Source: Escherichia phage DCP548
Length of the DNA: 64,000 nucleotides
Reading direction: 5' to 3' (one strand)
Sequence record: PQ671645.1
The position numbers and the translations under genes were made by a program. Shown here piece after piece: positions 55,437 through 64,000 of the stretch. How positions within the stretch are numbered: the stretch's first letter is position 1; the number at the start of each line of letters is the position of its first letter. Below the pieces are notes generated by a model. That model did no database searches. It worked only from the letters and a program-made list of their open reading frames with translations, and was not told the origin of the DNA.

Positions 55437-55992
55437 GGATTAAATTGTTAGTGAAATTAGGACTAACAACCATGGTTTCATAAAGCGCATCAATAGCACT
55501 TAAAGCATCAACTCTCTTAAGCAAAGGCTTGCCTTCATACATAGTTTCAGAATCGACGATTAAAGTGAAGTAGTATTTTTTATTATTGACCAGAACTTCT
55601 GTATCAATATAAAACATGTTAGACCTTAAAAGCTTGTCTCTAAAGCCTACGTAATCATCTGAACGTTCACTGATATAGTCCCATTCAGTGTTTAAACAAC
55701 AAACAGACCATGTAGGAGCAACGAAATCAGTGAATCTAATATCATGGTCTGCAACTAGTTTAGCAATAGCTCCGATATCATGAATCATAATACCTGGGGC
55801 TAATAAAGATTTTCGGTTATTTGCATATTCAGTTGTCTCATAAGAAGACGACCAGTACCATTTACGTCCAGTTGCAACATATCGTAATGAATCAACTAAA
55901 GACGTAGGTGGATTTACCTTATCTCGGAACTCTTCGAACATTGAGTCAATATCATTATTTTGGTTTCGCATGTTAACTCCTTTATTATCCAA
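55375..55992 (-). CDS. hypothetical protein
   Basis: 205-aa minus ORF ending ...FIMECREY. Confidence 0.45.
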   Translation of the reverse strand: MDNKGVNMRNQNNDIDSMFEEFRDKVNPPTSLVDSLRYVATGRKWYWSSSYETTEYANNRKSLLAPGIMIHDIGAIAKLVADHDIRFTDFVAPTWSVCCLNTEWDYISERSDDYVGFRDKLLRSNMFYIDTEVLVNNKKYYFTLIVDSETMYEGKPLLKRVDALSAIDALYETMVVSPNFTNNLILEQFIMECREYVKANPIHAN

Positions 55993-56020
55993 AAGGAGGA
56001 CCGGAGTCCTCCGTATTATT

Positions 56021-56614
56021 TTATTTCAAAGAGTTAATATATTCTTGTACATCAGCAGAAGTGGTTTCGACACCAGCCGGAGTGCCATTGAACGTTTCAA
56101 CACGAGTCAGAGTGTCTTCGATATCAACCTTAGTCAGTGCAGCGATTTCAATTACATCATCAGCCGTAGAGATACCAAGGGCATTGGCTGCTCGAGTTTC
56201 ACGAATGTATTCGAGTTTGATTGCCAGATTCTGACGAGCATCATCAAGTTCAACCACCTTACGAGCAATTTCAATTCGCATAGCGGCATACCCGTCAGCT
56301 TTTGTATTAAGTTGTTCGGCAGTTCGACGATACAGAAGACCAAGCTTAGCATGCATGGTAACATCTTGTCCTTCAGCCAGGAGCTTACGAATTTCACGTT
56401 CCTTAGAAGCGGCTTGCTTGTTCTTTTCATTAACAAGTTCGCGAATACGTTTTTCTTCATTAATAGATTTAACAGAAGCCGTTTTTAGTTCTTTGATTTG
56501 GGTAATCAACTTATCTGCAGCTGCGTTATACTGTTCTTCGACAGTCAGATTTTTAGCCATAGCAGTACCCAGTTTAGTGCGGATGAATTCAACAAGTTTT
56601 TTCAGTGTGTTCAT
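56021..56614 (-). CDS. hypothetical coiled-coil protein
   Basis: Track ORF trimmed to ATG at 56614 ([10 protein letters not shown]...); promoter cassette copy B upstream. Confidence 0.45.
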   Translation of the reverse strand: MNTLKKLVEFIRTKLGTAMAKNLTVEEQYNAAADKLITQIKELKTASVKSINEEKRIRELVNEKNKQAASKEREIRKLLAEGQDVTMHAKLGLLYRRTAEQLNTKADGYAAMRIEIARKVVELDDARQNLAIKLEYIRETRAANALGISTADDVIEIAALTKVDIEDTLTRVETFNGTPAGVETTSADVQEYINSLK

Positions 56615-56636
56615 ATTATTACCTTTCAATTGGTGG

Positions 56637-56684
56637 TTTATTATCCAATGAGAGCATTATACTCTGCTCTCAAGAGTTTGTAAA
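56637..56684 (-). repeat. promoter cassette copy B (about 46 bp, near-identical to 25931..25980)
   Basis: ttattatccaatgagagcattatactctgctctcaagagttt; minus ATTTAC, 18 nt, TATAAT. Confidence 0.6.
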
Positions 56685-56912
56685 TTATTTTTTAATCAAA
56701 TTGACATAAAACTCGGCGTCTTCCGGGTGCATGCCTTCACAGTATTCTTCAACCATGAACTTCTTAACAGCTTCATAAGGACCACTCAGATTAAGCTCAG
56801 TTGTCCAGAACTTGGAATCTTGGACTGAATCGATACGAACTTCAGGGTGTCGGTTGCGAATAACTTCTTCGGTGTATTCATAATCAACGACATCAATACT
56901 AACTTTAGCCAT
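56685..56912 (-). CDS. hypothetical protein
   Basis: 75-aa minus ORF. Confidence 0.45.
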   Translation of the reverse strand: MAKVSIDVVDYEYTEEVIRNRHPEVRIDSVQDSKFWTTELNLSGPYEAVKKFMVEEYCEGMHPEDAEFYVNLIKK

Positions 56913-56924
56913 TTTGTTTTCCTC

Positions 56925-56970
56925 TTGATTTGATAGGACTACTATAACATAAACTTACTTAGATGTAAAT
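56925..56970 (-). promoter_or_regulatory. early promoter
   Basis: Minus ATTTAC, 18 nt, TATAGT. Confidence 0.4.
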
Positions 56971-57123
56971 TATTTCAACGTCACCTTTAGCTGCTTTATA
57001 ACCTTCAGCCCAAGATACAACAGAGTTTTTATCTGAGGATTCAAATTCAGGCATTGGACTTTCACCAATATTCACACAGTATGTTTCTTCATTTTCATCG
57101 AACCAAATAATTAAAGTAGTCAT
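56959..57123 (-). CDS. hypothetical small protein
   Basis: Track ORF trimmed to ATG at 57123 (MTTLIIWFDENEE...) with GGAG RBS; upstream part of the track frame covers the promoter. Confidence 0.4.
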   Translation of the reverse strand: MTTLIIWFDENEETYCVNIGESPMPEFESSDKNSVVSWAEGYKAAKGDVEIIYI

Positions 57124-57140
57124 TTTGTTTACTCCTCTGT

Positions 57141-57180
57141 AGTTGATAAGTCTATAGTAACACCGTCCTTGGCGTTTGTA
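57141..57180 (-). promoter_or_regulatory. early promoter variant
   Basis: Minus ATGTAC, spacer, TACTAT; shares CCTTGG core with the 34451 and 35447 elements. Confidence 0.4.
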
Positions 57181-57182
57181 CA

Positions 57183-57686
57183 TCATTTATTTTTAATTTT
57201 GCAAATTTTTTCTGCTTCAGCAATTGCAGCGTCAATGATGCTTTGTGCAATTTTATTACTAGTTGACCTGGCAATCACACTAAGAACAATTTCTTTTTCT
57301 TCACCACCCCAACCCCAAGTCCTTTGTTCGTGGGTACCTTTAACTACAGCTGAAACTTCAACAGAACGTCCACCATCAGAAGTTTTAACATCTACAACCC
57401 AATCACCATCTTTCTCTTCTACCCTTGATTTATCCCAAGAAATACTAATATATGATTCACTGTCAATAGAAGTCGCCGGGTTTTTCTCTACCGTAAGACC
57501 TTCACTTTCCAGCCATTCAATAGTATTTGCGCATAAATCAGAAGAACACCTCATCGGAAACCGGCAAGATTTTTCACCTTTAGATGCTGCATCGTACATC
57601 TTTTCTAAAATACGCTTTTGCACGTTTTTAAAAATAGTTTCAGCGGATTCTTCGGATTTTTTATTCAGTTCAGTATAAAGACTCAT
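57183..57686 (-). CDS. hypothetical protein
   Basis: 167-aa minus ORF; early promoter upstream. Confidence 0.45.
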   Translation of the reverse strand: MSLYTELNKKSEESAETIFKNVQKRILEKMYDAASKGEKSCRFPMRCSSDLCANTIEWLESEGLTVEKNPATSIDSESYISISWDKSRVEEKDGDWVVDVKTSDGGRSVEVSAVVKGTHEQRTWGWGGEEKEIVLSVIARSTSNKIAQSIIDAAIAEAEKICKIKNK

Positions 57687-57700
57687 AACATTTTCCTCTG

Positions 57701-57743
57701 TGGTTGATAAGTCTATAGTATCATGTTCTTAGAAGAAGTAAAC
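57701..57743 (-). promoter_or_regulatory. early promoter
   Basis: Minus GTTTAC at 57743..57738 with TATAGA/TACTAT -10 region. Confidence 0.45.
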
Positions 57744-57776
57744 ATCTTTATGAAATATTTTTATGCCCTAGATACC

Positions 57777-57803
57777 AAAAAGCCCCAACCGTAAGGAAGG
57801 GGC
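57777..57803 (-). terminator. rho-independent terminator
   Basis: Minus-strand GCCCCUUCC-UUAC-GGUUGGGGC then UUUUU; downstream of internal-protein gene 57810..58274. Confidence 0.6.
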
Positions 57804-57809
57804 ATTCTA

Positions 57810-58274
57810 TTATTTAATTTGTTTAGCAGACCAGATACGGTCTTTAATAAGTTTTTGGATATCTTCAACATACTCAAGGCTATGAGCGTGAGGATTATCT
57901 TTGAAGCTATGTGCTCGGGCCAGTTTCTGGCCTTCTGTTTTGATTACTAAAAGCTCTTTAAGAATTGCTTCATACTTAGAAATAATTCCTTTGGCGATAT
58001 TTTTTTCTTGAGCGGCTTTAGGGTCCGCTTTTGGCGCAGGTGCTTTACCTGTAGCTTTCTGGAACAATTCACCTGATGCAGCTAGGCTTTTAAAAACTCG
58101 GCTAACAGTATTAGCATTAGTAAAACCTTCGGCTTTAAAATCTCTAATAAAACGGAAACGTTCTTCATCAGAGGCGTCTTTGTAAGAATATTTACCTGCT
58201 TGAATTGCTGCAATCGCAGCGGCTTTTACATCTGAACTAGATTGTTCAGTCAAAAATTCAGCGTATGATTTCAT
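57810..58274 (-). CDS. internal head protein (capsid-targeted)
   Basis: N-terminal MKSYAEFLTE leader; terminator just downstream. Confidence 0.6.
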   Translation of the reverse strand: MKSYAEFLTEQSSSDVKAAAIAAIQAGKYSYKDASDEERFRFIRDFKAEGFTNANTVSRVFKSLAASGELFQKATGKAPAPKADPKAAQEKNIAKGIISKYEAILKELLVIKTEGQKLARAHSFKDNPHAHSLEYVEDIQKLIKDRIWSAKQIK

Positions 58275-58320
58275 GTTGCTTTTCCTAAGTTAATTAACTT
58301 ATCTATTTATTATTATGCAA

Positions 58321-58348
58321 AAAAAGCCCCAACCTTTCGGAAGGGGCT
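58321..58348 (-). terminator. rho-independent terminator
   Basis: Minus-strand AGCCCCUUCC-GAAA-GGUUGGGGCU then UUUUU; closes the 58349..58659 non-coding region. Confidence 0.65.
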
Positions 58349-58659
58349 ATGCCTTGCGGCAACCTTGTCGGGGTTCCACCTGCTAAGGCAAGTGTTTGTA
58401 CGAAACGCCGGGATTCGAACCCGGTTATTAAGCAGTTGACGCTACTCAATATTTTTAAAAGGCCATATCTCGACCATATCCGAACGTTCCGTCAAAAACG
58501 CTACTCGGCTTACGGCAAAGATATTTCCTCGAATCGATAATTCTGTGCGCCGTTTCTGCTGTGATGTAAGGGGATATTAACAAATCGTAAAGATTTATTA
58601 AGACCAGTCCTTACGCAGGGAACATCAGTCCGACGACTTACCGGTAGCGACCCGGCTTC
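58349..58659 (-). ncRNA. candidate structured RNA region with a tRNA-like T-arm and acceptor
   Basis: 310 bp with no ORF, bracketed by a CDS stop and a terminator; minus strand contains CCGGG-TTCGAAT-CCCGG plus a 7-bp acceptor pairing (plus-strand 58400..58491), but I could not fold a canonical D arm or anticodon arm. Confidence 0.3.
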
Positions 58660-59052
58660 TTATTTTGGCATATCATCAATTTGCTCTCGACGCCGACGCC
58701 ATAGATTAATCGCTTCATAAACACATTCTGCGTTTGGTATATGACGGCAATAATATAATGATTCGCGTTTCTGGAACCGATGTTGTAATGGAATTTCGTT
58801 TAAAAGGTCTTTACGATCAAAGTATTCAAAACTAGTTAACCCAGAACGATTTTTAAGGAACTTCCAATGGCCAAATTCATTTTGGAAATAAACGTAATCA
58901 GCGTGTTGATATAACGAATTAATCAACCGGTCGGAAATAACTGTATCCTGTTCATTAAAATAAAACGTTAAATCATGAACTACCAGATAAATATTACCTT
59001 TCATATTTTCCTCACTTAAAGTTGGTCGAGACAGAAGGATTCTAACCTTCAC
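58660..59052 (-). CDS. hypothetical protein
   Basis: 130-aa minus ORF next to the homing-endonuclease-like gene. Confidence 0.4.
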   Translation of the reverse strand: MKVRILLSRPTLSEENMKGNIYLVVHDLTFYFNEQDTVISDRLINSLYQHADYVYFQNEFGHWKFLKNRSGLTSFEYFDRKDLLNEIPLQHRFQKRESLYYCRHIPNAECVYEAINLWRRRREQIDDMPK

Positions 59053-59083
59053 CTTTAACCTTAGAATGATTATATGCTATCCA

Positions 59084-59752
59084 TTACACTATAGAAGCAA
59101 TTAAATTGTTTACTTTATCATCTTTATAAACTTCAGAATAGTGGAGTTCATAAATTTCCCAGCCCAGGGATTTTATAATATCATGTCTTTCCTGATAATA
59201 TGGGGCCAGAATTTTCTTGTTATGATCGGAGTAATGTTGGTTACCGTTAACTTCAATAATTATTTTCTTATCCATCAAAGCAATGTCACAGGAATATGCT
59301 CTATTTTTAACAGGTTGATATTCCTCAACAAATTGTATATTTGCTTCTATTAATTTATTTTTCAAAAATTCGCACGGAACAGATTTGAATTTTGAATTCT
59401 TTTTCCAAGGGTGTTTATCTGGATTTTCCTTTAACCAGGTCTTCCGGGCTGCTGATATCTTTTGTTTGGATTCAGACGAATGCTTTCGTCCTGTGCCTGC
59501 AGCAGACAATTTTTCTCTTGTTTCTTCAGAAACAACTAAAGAAATGCCCTTCTTTTTGGCAACCATGAATTGATTTAAATTACCAGATTCTTTGCGTGCT
59601 TTATTCATAGCAGCGACTGCATTTTTAGAACCCTCTTTATAAGAGGCGAGTTTTGGATTTTCAGAACACCATCTGGTATGACTTGCCATCCATCCCTTTG
59701 GTTTATCAGAAATATCAAATTCTTTATTGCAGTGTTTGCAGATGCTCATCAA
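59084..59752 (-). CDS. homing-endonuclease-like protein (zinc finger + NUMOD3-like repeats + DUF559/PD-(D/E)xK-like C-terminus)
   Basis: 222 aa; N-terminal CKHC...HTRWC; SEETREKLSAAGTGRK and SESKQKISAARK NUMOD3-like repeats; C-terminal YSCDIALMDKKIIIEVNGNQHY. Confidence 0.5.
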   Translation of the reverse strand: MMSICKHCNKEFDISDKPKGWMASHTRWCSENPKLASYKEGSKNAVAAMNKARKESGNLNQFMVAKKKGISLVVSEETREKLSAAGTGRKHSSESKQKISAARKTWLKENPDKHPWKKNSKFKSVPCEFLKNKLIEANIQFVEEYQPVKNRAYSCDIALMDKKIIIEVNGNQHYSDHNKKILAPYYQERHDIIKSLGWEIYELHYSEVYKDDKVNNLIASIV

Positions 59753-59776
59753 AATACTCCTATTATATTATAAGAG

Positions 59777-59784
59777 TATTTATA
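59777..59784 (-). promoter_or_regulatory. late-promoter-like TATAAATA
   Basis: Exact TATAAATA on minus strand about 25 nt upstream of the homing-endonuclease-like ORF. Confidence 0.35.
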
Positions 59785-59808
59785 ATTGAATAGAGCACCG
59801 TTCTAAGT

Positions 59809-59883
59809 TGGTGACCCTGGCTGGTTTCGATCCAGCTACCTATCAGTTATGAGCTGACAGCTCTCCCATTGAGCTACAGGGCC
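59809..59883 (-). tRNA. tRNA, anticodon CAU (Met or Ile2), with encoded CCA
   Basis: Hand-folded cloverleaf on minus strand: acceptor GGCCCTG/CAGGGTC, D-arm GCTC-AATGGGA-GAGC, anticodon loop CTCATAA, T-arm GCTGG-ATCGAAA-CCAGC, 3' ACCA. Confidence 0.7.
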
Positions 59884-59962
59884 TAAATAACTTTCTATTA
59901 TGAAAGGCACTTTAGAGCACCTTTGGTAATAGAGGGTATGAATTAATAATAACACATAATTC

Positions 59963-60478
59963 TTAAAGCAAATCAATCATTTTAACAGTTGGCAAAACGA
60001 TTTCTTCTTCAATATAAGCAAATTCAACACGTTCAACTACACGCAAGAAATCATAATCATAATATTCAGAAGCATGGCCGAGAATATCAATAAGGCCTTG
60101 GGATACCTCATCACCTTTCACAAAGAACAGGTCGAATACGCGGGCTTCGTCTTCTTCGGATTTATTACCGAGGTCGACTTCAATATCAAAGACCTTTTTA
60201 ATGAATTCTGGATAAAGCTGGTCTGAGAACAGCCCTTCAACCAAGTATTCATAGATTAAAAGCGAGCAATCACTGAATGGTGTATTACCACAATAACGTT
60301 CGGCTTTGGTGCTAGAATGACGGCTCTTAAATTTCTTCAAGAGATATTTAAACTGTTGGAGCTCATGCTCTTCCACTTCAAACAATGTTTTGGTTTTATA
60401 GTTGTCACCATCATTTTCATAGGTAGTGACATCAATTACGTAGCCCTTAGGAATTGTACTGCCTAAACGAATATTCAT
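59963..60478 (-). CDS. hypothetical acidic protein
   Basis: 171-aa minus ORF. Confidence 0.45.
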   Translation of the reverse strand: MNIRLGSTIPKGYVIDVTTYENDGDNYKTKTLFEVEEHELQQFKYLLKKFKSRHSSTKAERYCGNTPFSDCSLLIYEYLVEGLFSDQLYPEFIKKVFDIEVDLGNKSEEDEARVFDLFFVKGDEVSQGLIDILGHASEYYDYDFLRVVERVEFAYIEEEIVLPTVKMIDLL

Positions 60479-60482
60479 TTAC

Positions 60483-60773
60483 TCACCGTACCATATTAAT
60501 GTAGTTATATTCAATGCAACGTAATTTCAAAGGGTTCTTGAAAATATCATATTCAAGAGGACCTTTTTCTGTTTCAATAAAGAAATCAAAGTTCACACTA
60601 TTAAATTTGCGGTCTTCCCAAAGTAATTTAACCTGTGAAGATGAACGGTCGACGTAAACCTTTTCAACTTCAAAGTGGGTCAAAATACCATAGTAATCGA
60701 CTAGTGCTTTAGCTGCAGCTCGGTCGCTTTCATATCCATTCTCAACGGATTTTACCTTAGCATAAAGAATCAT
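60483..60773 (-). CDS. hypothetical protein
   Basis: 96-aa minus ORF. Confidence 0.45.
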   Translation of the reverse strand: MILYAKVKSVENGYESDRAAAKALVDYYGILTHFEVEKVYVDRSSSQVKLLWEDRKFNSVNFDFFIETEKGPLEYDIFKNPLKLRCIEYNYINMVR

Positions 60774-61150
60774 GAATGTTCCACCATTTCAAAGGTATGA
60801 GCATCAACAATATGATACCAGTCAAAATTTTCTTCTGCGTTTTTATAAATTTCGCGAAGAGCCTCAACAGTTTTTCCTGTAGCAACAAGGTCGTCAATAC
60901 CACCAAGAGGATAACAGTCATAACCAGCAAACAGAAGGAAATTAATAGTTTCTGTAGGTTCTGGATGCAGAACTCCGTTATCGTCTACCACTTCAAAGAA
61001 AGTGTAAGAAGGAGTACAAGTTTTAATCCAGGCCCATGCTTGAGCTGCTGAATCAAATGGCCTGCGTATCAAACGACAATCAGGGTCTTTAGAAGGATTT
61101 GCTTCAAAATCAGCATATACGTGATATTTCATTTTACTCACCTTTTGCAA
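60770..61150 (-). CDS. hypothetical protein
   Basis: 126-aa minus ORF. Confidence 0.45.
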   Translation of the reverse strand: MQKVSKMKYHVYADFEANPSKDPDCRLIRRPFDSAAQAWAWIKTCTPSYTFFEVVDDNGVLHPEPTETINFLLFAGYDCYPLGGIDDLVATGKTVEALREIYKNAEENFDWYHIVDAHTFEMVEHS

Positions 61151-61319
61151 TTTTATCCATAACGATAGCGATTAAGCCGATTAGAAATGCTACTACCAAT
61201 GAGATAGAGTTTTCAGTTGTTGTCAGTAGTCCACAAATGAATCCTACAAACATCGAAAAACTAAAAGCCATTGAAGCAATTACTACAGCAACATTACGAA
61301 TCAGTTCAGCGCGTTTCAT
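61134..61319 (-). CDS. small membrane protein
   Basis: Track ORF trimmed to ATG at 61319 (MKRAEL...) with GGAG RBS; two TM segments. Confidence 0.4.
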   Translation of the reverse strand: MKRAELIRNVAVVIASMAFSFSMFVGFICGLLTTTENSISLVVAFLIGLIAIVMDKIAKGE

Positions 61320-61339
61320 TTTATTCTCCATTTACTCAT

Positions 61340-61385
61340 TTGTTTTGATAGGACTACTATAACATAGTCCTATCATCATGTAAAC
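61340..61385 (-). promoter_or_regulatory. early promoter with inverted repeat
   Basis: Minus GTTTAC at 61385..61380; inverted repeat GATAGGACTA/TAGTCCTATC. Confidence 0.5.
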
Positions 61386-61387
61386 TA

Positions 61388-61651
61388 TTAAATACCAGCT
61401 TCGCGTTTAACATAATCGACGTAAGCTTGGATAGCTTTCTTGCTGGTAATTTTTACCTGACCACGACCATTGCCTTCTTTAGAGTTTTTCTTAACAACTA
61501 CATTACCATCTTTAACACCCCATACATGGACGTAAGTACCGATGTTTCGGTCGTAGAACATTGCATGGTCGTTGTTGTAAGAGAATGATTCGTAGTTCTC
61601 TGTCAGAGTAGAAGATTGAGATTCGGCGATAAATTCTTTATAGGTTTTCAT
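61388..61651 (-). CDS. internal head protein (capsid-targeted), ipI-position
   Basis: N-terminal MKTYKEFIAE leader; sits next to 57B where T4 has ipI. Confidence 0.65.
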   Translation of the reverse strand: MKTYKEFIAESQSSTLTENYESFSYNNDHAMFYDRNIGTYVHVWGVKDGNVVVKKNSKEGNGRGQVKITSKKAIQAYVDYVKREAGI

Positions 61652-61676
61652 TTTATTTCCTTGAGGCTGTTTATTT

Positions 61677-61715
61677 GATAGGATGATAGTAACACACCAT
61701 CATCCTTATGTAAAC
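61677..61715 (-). promoter_or_regulatory. early promoter with inverted repeat, upstream of ipI-position gene
   Basis: Minus GTTTAC at 61715..61710; inverted repeat AGGATGAT/ATCATCCT. Confidence 0.5.
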
Positions 61716-61728
61716 TGTTTTGTGAAAA

Positions 61729-62414
<686 letters not shown>

Positions 62415-62418
62415 TTTA

Positions 62419-63153
62419 TTACCTTAAGATTGTTTCAATTTTAGAATAAAGCTCTTCTAAAGAGCCGTCGTTTGTAATAACTAAATCGCCTTCTTCAATA
62501 GGCAACCCAGCTTCTGTAATATGTTTATCAACGGATTCCGTACCAGAGCGAACCACATGAATAACTGTAGCACCCATCGCTCTAGCGGTTTCCATTTCAT
62601 GGACTTGGCGTGTATCGGTTACAACATAGTAATCGAAATCACTTCCAATATAATCCATATAGTTTAATGCAAAAAGTTTAACCCAATACATACGGTCAAA
62701 TAAATTAACGACAACATCCGTACCGAGGGCTTGCATAAGACGGCGGATTGACCATGTGTCGTTGATATTATTTATAGCTTCACGCAGGGCTTCGTATGGT
62801 TTAATATCTAGATATGAATATCCACCTTCTAACGATGATAATACTTTAACATTATTAATTGGTAAATATTGACTTTGTAAATAAATTAGCGCTTCTTCCA
62901 ATAATTCAATAACATCCAACTTATTGAGATTTAATGGCGTTTCACGGTCGTATCCAATGCCTTCAAAGTATTCGTATTTCAACTCTGTGAATACATCAGG
63001 ATTTTCAGCATGCCTACGTCCCCAGGCTATTGCTAGAGCGTCTTTAATTGGATATGCTAATTGGTATTTTACGGATTTAAAGTTTGAATTGATGTAATCA
63101 GCAGTAGTGTCTTTACCACTACGTTTGATGCCACTTAAAAAGATTAGCTCCAT
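62419..63153 (-). CDS. 1: deoxynucleoside monophosphate kinase gp1
   Basis: 244 aa; MELIFLSGIKRSGKDTTADY..., RRLMQALGTD, VIHVVR, LVITNDGSLEEL match remembered T4 gp1. Confidence 0.93.
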   Translation of the reverse strand: MELIFLSGIKRSGKDTTADYINSNFKSVKYQLAYPIKDALAIAWGRRHAENPDVFTELKYEYFEGIGYDRETPLNLNKLDVIELLEEALIYLQSQYLPINNVKVLSSLEGGYSYLDIKPYEALREAINNINDTWSIRRLMQALGTDVVVNLFDRMYWVKLFALNYMDYIGSDFDYYVVTDTRQVHEMETARAMGATVIHVVRSGTESVDKHITEAGLPIEEGDLVITNDGSLEELYSKIETILR

Positions 63154-63206
63154 AGGTTTTCCTCATATAATTTATGAGTGATTATAACATACGGAGCTAG
63201 AAGCGA

Positions 63207-63791
63207 TTAACGCAAGGAAGGGTGTCTAGAAATGGATTTAGATTCGACCGCTTGACGTGGTTGTTGAGATACAATGACTTCACCATCCTTTTCTATCGTC
63301 ATATACGCGTAGTGAATAGTTGCTACGCACGTAACGGCAGGGTCAGAGTCTTCGGTGTAACTAAATTCGATTTCACTCAAATCAGAAATCCATGGTTTAT
63401 AGAAATTCGCCGTCAAAACTACTTCTGTCTTATTGTTGTTTAAAATGTGCAAAGTAACAAACTCAGGACCATCGGAGTGGGCCGTATTATGTCCGGTTAT
63501 ATAGTTATTAGTGCTGAGCATCCATTTATACATGTTCATCCAGGACGTCATGTCTTCATCAACTATAAATCGTACAACAAAAGGGTCGTATTCAAATGTG
63601 GTGCCTGCACGCATTGCACGTCCTAACCCCATTGTGCCTGTCACAGTTTCAACAACAGGAATTCTCACACCTGGCAATGGAGCCGTTTGGGCATTGAGCA
63701 CAAAACCTGACGTTCGTGTACTATCCGGGATATCCACAACAAAGTTTGTTATATTTGTTTGGTTAAAAATCTGTCTCGCTGGACGAGTCAT
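63207..63791 (-). CDS. 3: gp3-like tail completion / sheath stabiliser protein (by synteny)
   Basis: Track ORF trimmed to ATG at 63791 (MTRPARQ...) with GAGGT RBS; position upstream of gene 1 as in T4. Confidence 0.6.
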   Translation of the reverse strand: MTRPARQIFNQTNITNFVVDIPDSTRTSGFVLNAQTAPLPGVRIPVVETVTGTMGLGRAMRAGTTFEYDPFVVRFIVDEDMTSWMNMYKWMLSTNNYITGHNTAHSDGPEFVTLHILNNNKTEVVLTANFYKPWISDLSEIEFSYTEDSDPAVTCVATIHYAYMTIEKDGEVIVSQQPRQAVESKSISRHPSLR

Positions 63792-63893
63792 AAGCACCTC
63801 AAAAACGCTTTAATAAAAATGCAGTATAATGGTTTTAGGTCTCTTCCATTAATCTGGTTCAACAGAATATCAGAAGAACGGAAGAGAATAGAA

Positions 63894-64000
63894 TTAAGAT
63901 TTCCAAACAGTATTCGCAGAGAAACGTTTTCCTTTTGACATAAACTGCTGAGTAGGTAACATGATTATGTTAGCCCAGTCTTTAGGAGCTATTTCTGTTA
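63894..64000 (-). CDS. 3' end of an upstream late gene (gp2-position), truncated by window end
   Basis: Open minus frame running into the window end and stopping at 63894; gp2 assignment is by synteny only. Confidence 0.3.
   Translation of the reverse strand, partial: TEIAPKDWANIIMLPTQQFMSKGKRFSANTVWKS

Noticed and set aside
58400-58491. Second tRNA gene
   Set aside because: T-arm and acceptor pairing are present, but I could not build a canonical D arm or anticodon stem-loop by hand, so it is reported only as a candidate RNA region.

Overview
This window is a contiguous block of a T4-like (Tevenvirinae) phage genome, with essentially every gene on the minus strand. The 903-aa DNA polymerase (14122..16833) matches, from memory, the RB69 gp43 sequence, so this is RB69 or a very close relative; that recollection is unverified. 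Recognisable T4 core genes run in T4 order: 61, sp, dmd, 41, 40, uvsX, 42, 43, regA, 62, 44, 45, 46, 47, 55, nrdH/G/D, 49, nrdC, tk, regB, denV, e, nudE, 57B, 57A, 1, 3. The main departure from T4 is that no alpha- or beta-glucosyltransferase was recognised. The uvsX-to-43 interval instead carries, alongside the gp42 hydroxymethylase, an apparent sugar-nucleotide pathway: an arabinose-5-phosphate isomerase, a KdsC-like HAD phosphatase, a nucleotidyltransferase/kinase fusion, a Cys-rich enzyme, a P-loop kinase-like protein and a 299-aa unknown. I read this as a DNA hypermodification module, most plausibly arabinosylation of hydroxymethyl-cytosine; this is inference from motifs, not a search result. 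Other accessory content includes six internal-head-protein genes with the capsid-targeting leader, repeated early-promoter/stem-loop cassettes, an Arr-like ADP-ribosyltransferase-fold gene, a macro-domain gene, a pol-beta-type nucleotidyltransferase, several small paralogous families, one tRNA(CAU) next to a homing-endonuclease-like gene, and a 310-bp non-coding stretch with a tRNA-like T-arm. All calls rest on reading the six-frame track, hand translation and remembered motifs; no database search was run. Regulatory coordinates are approximate to within a few bases, and starts of overlapping ORFs are uncertain because the track uses alternative start codons.
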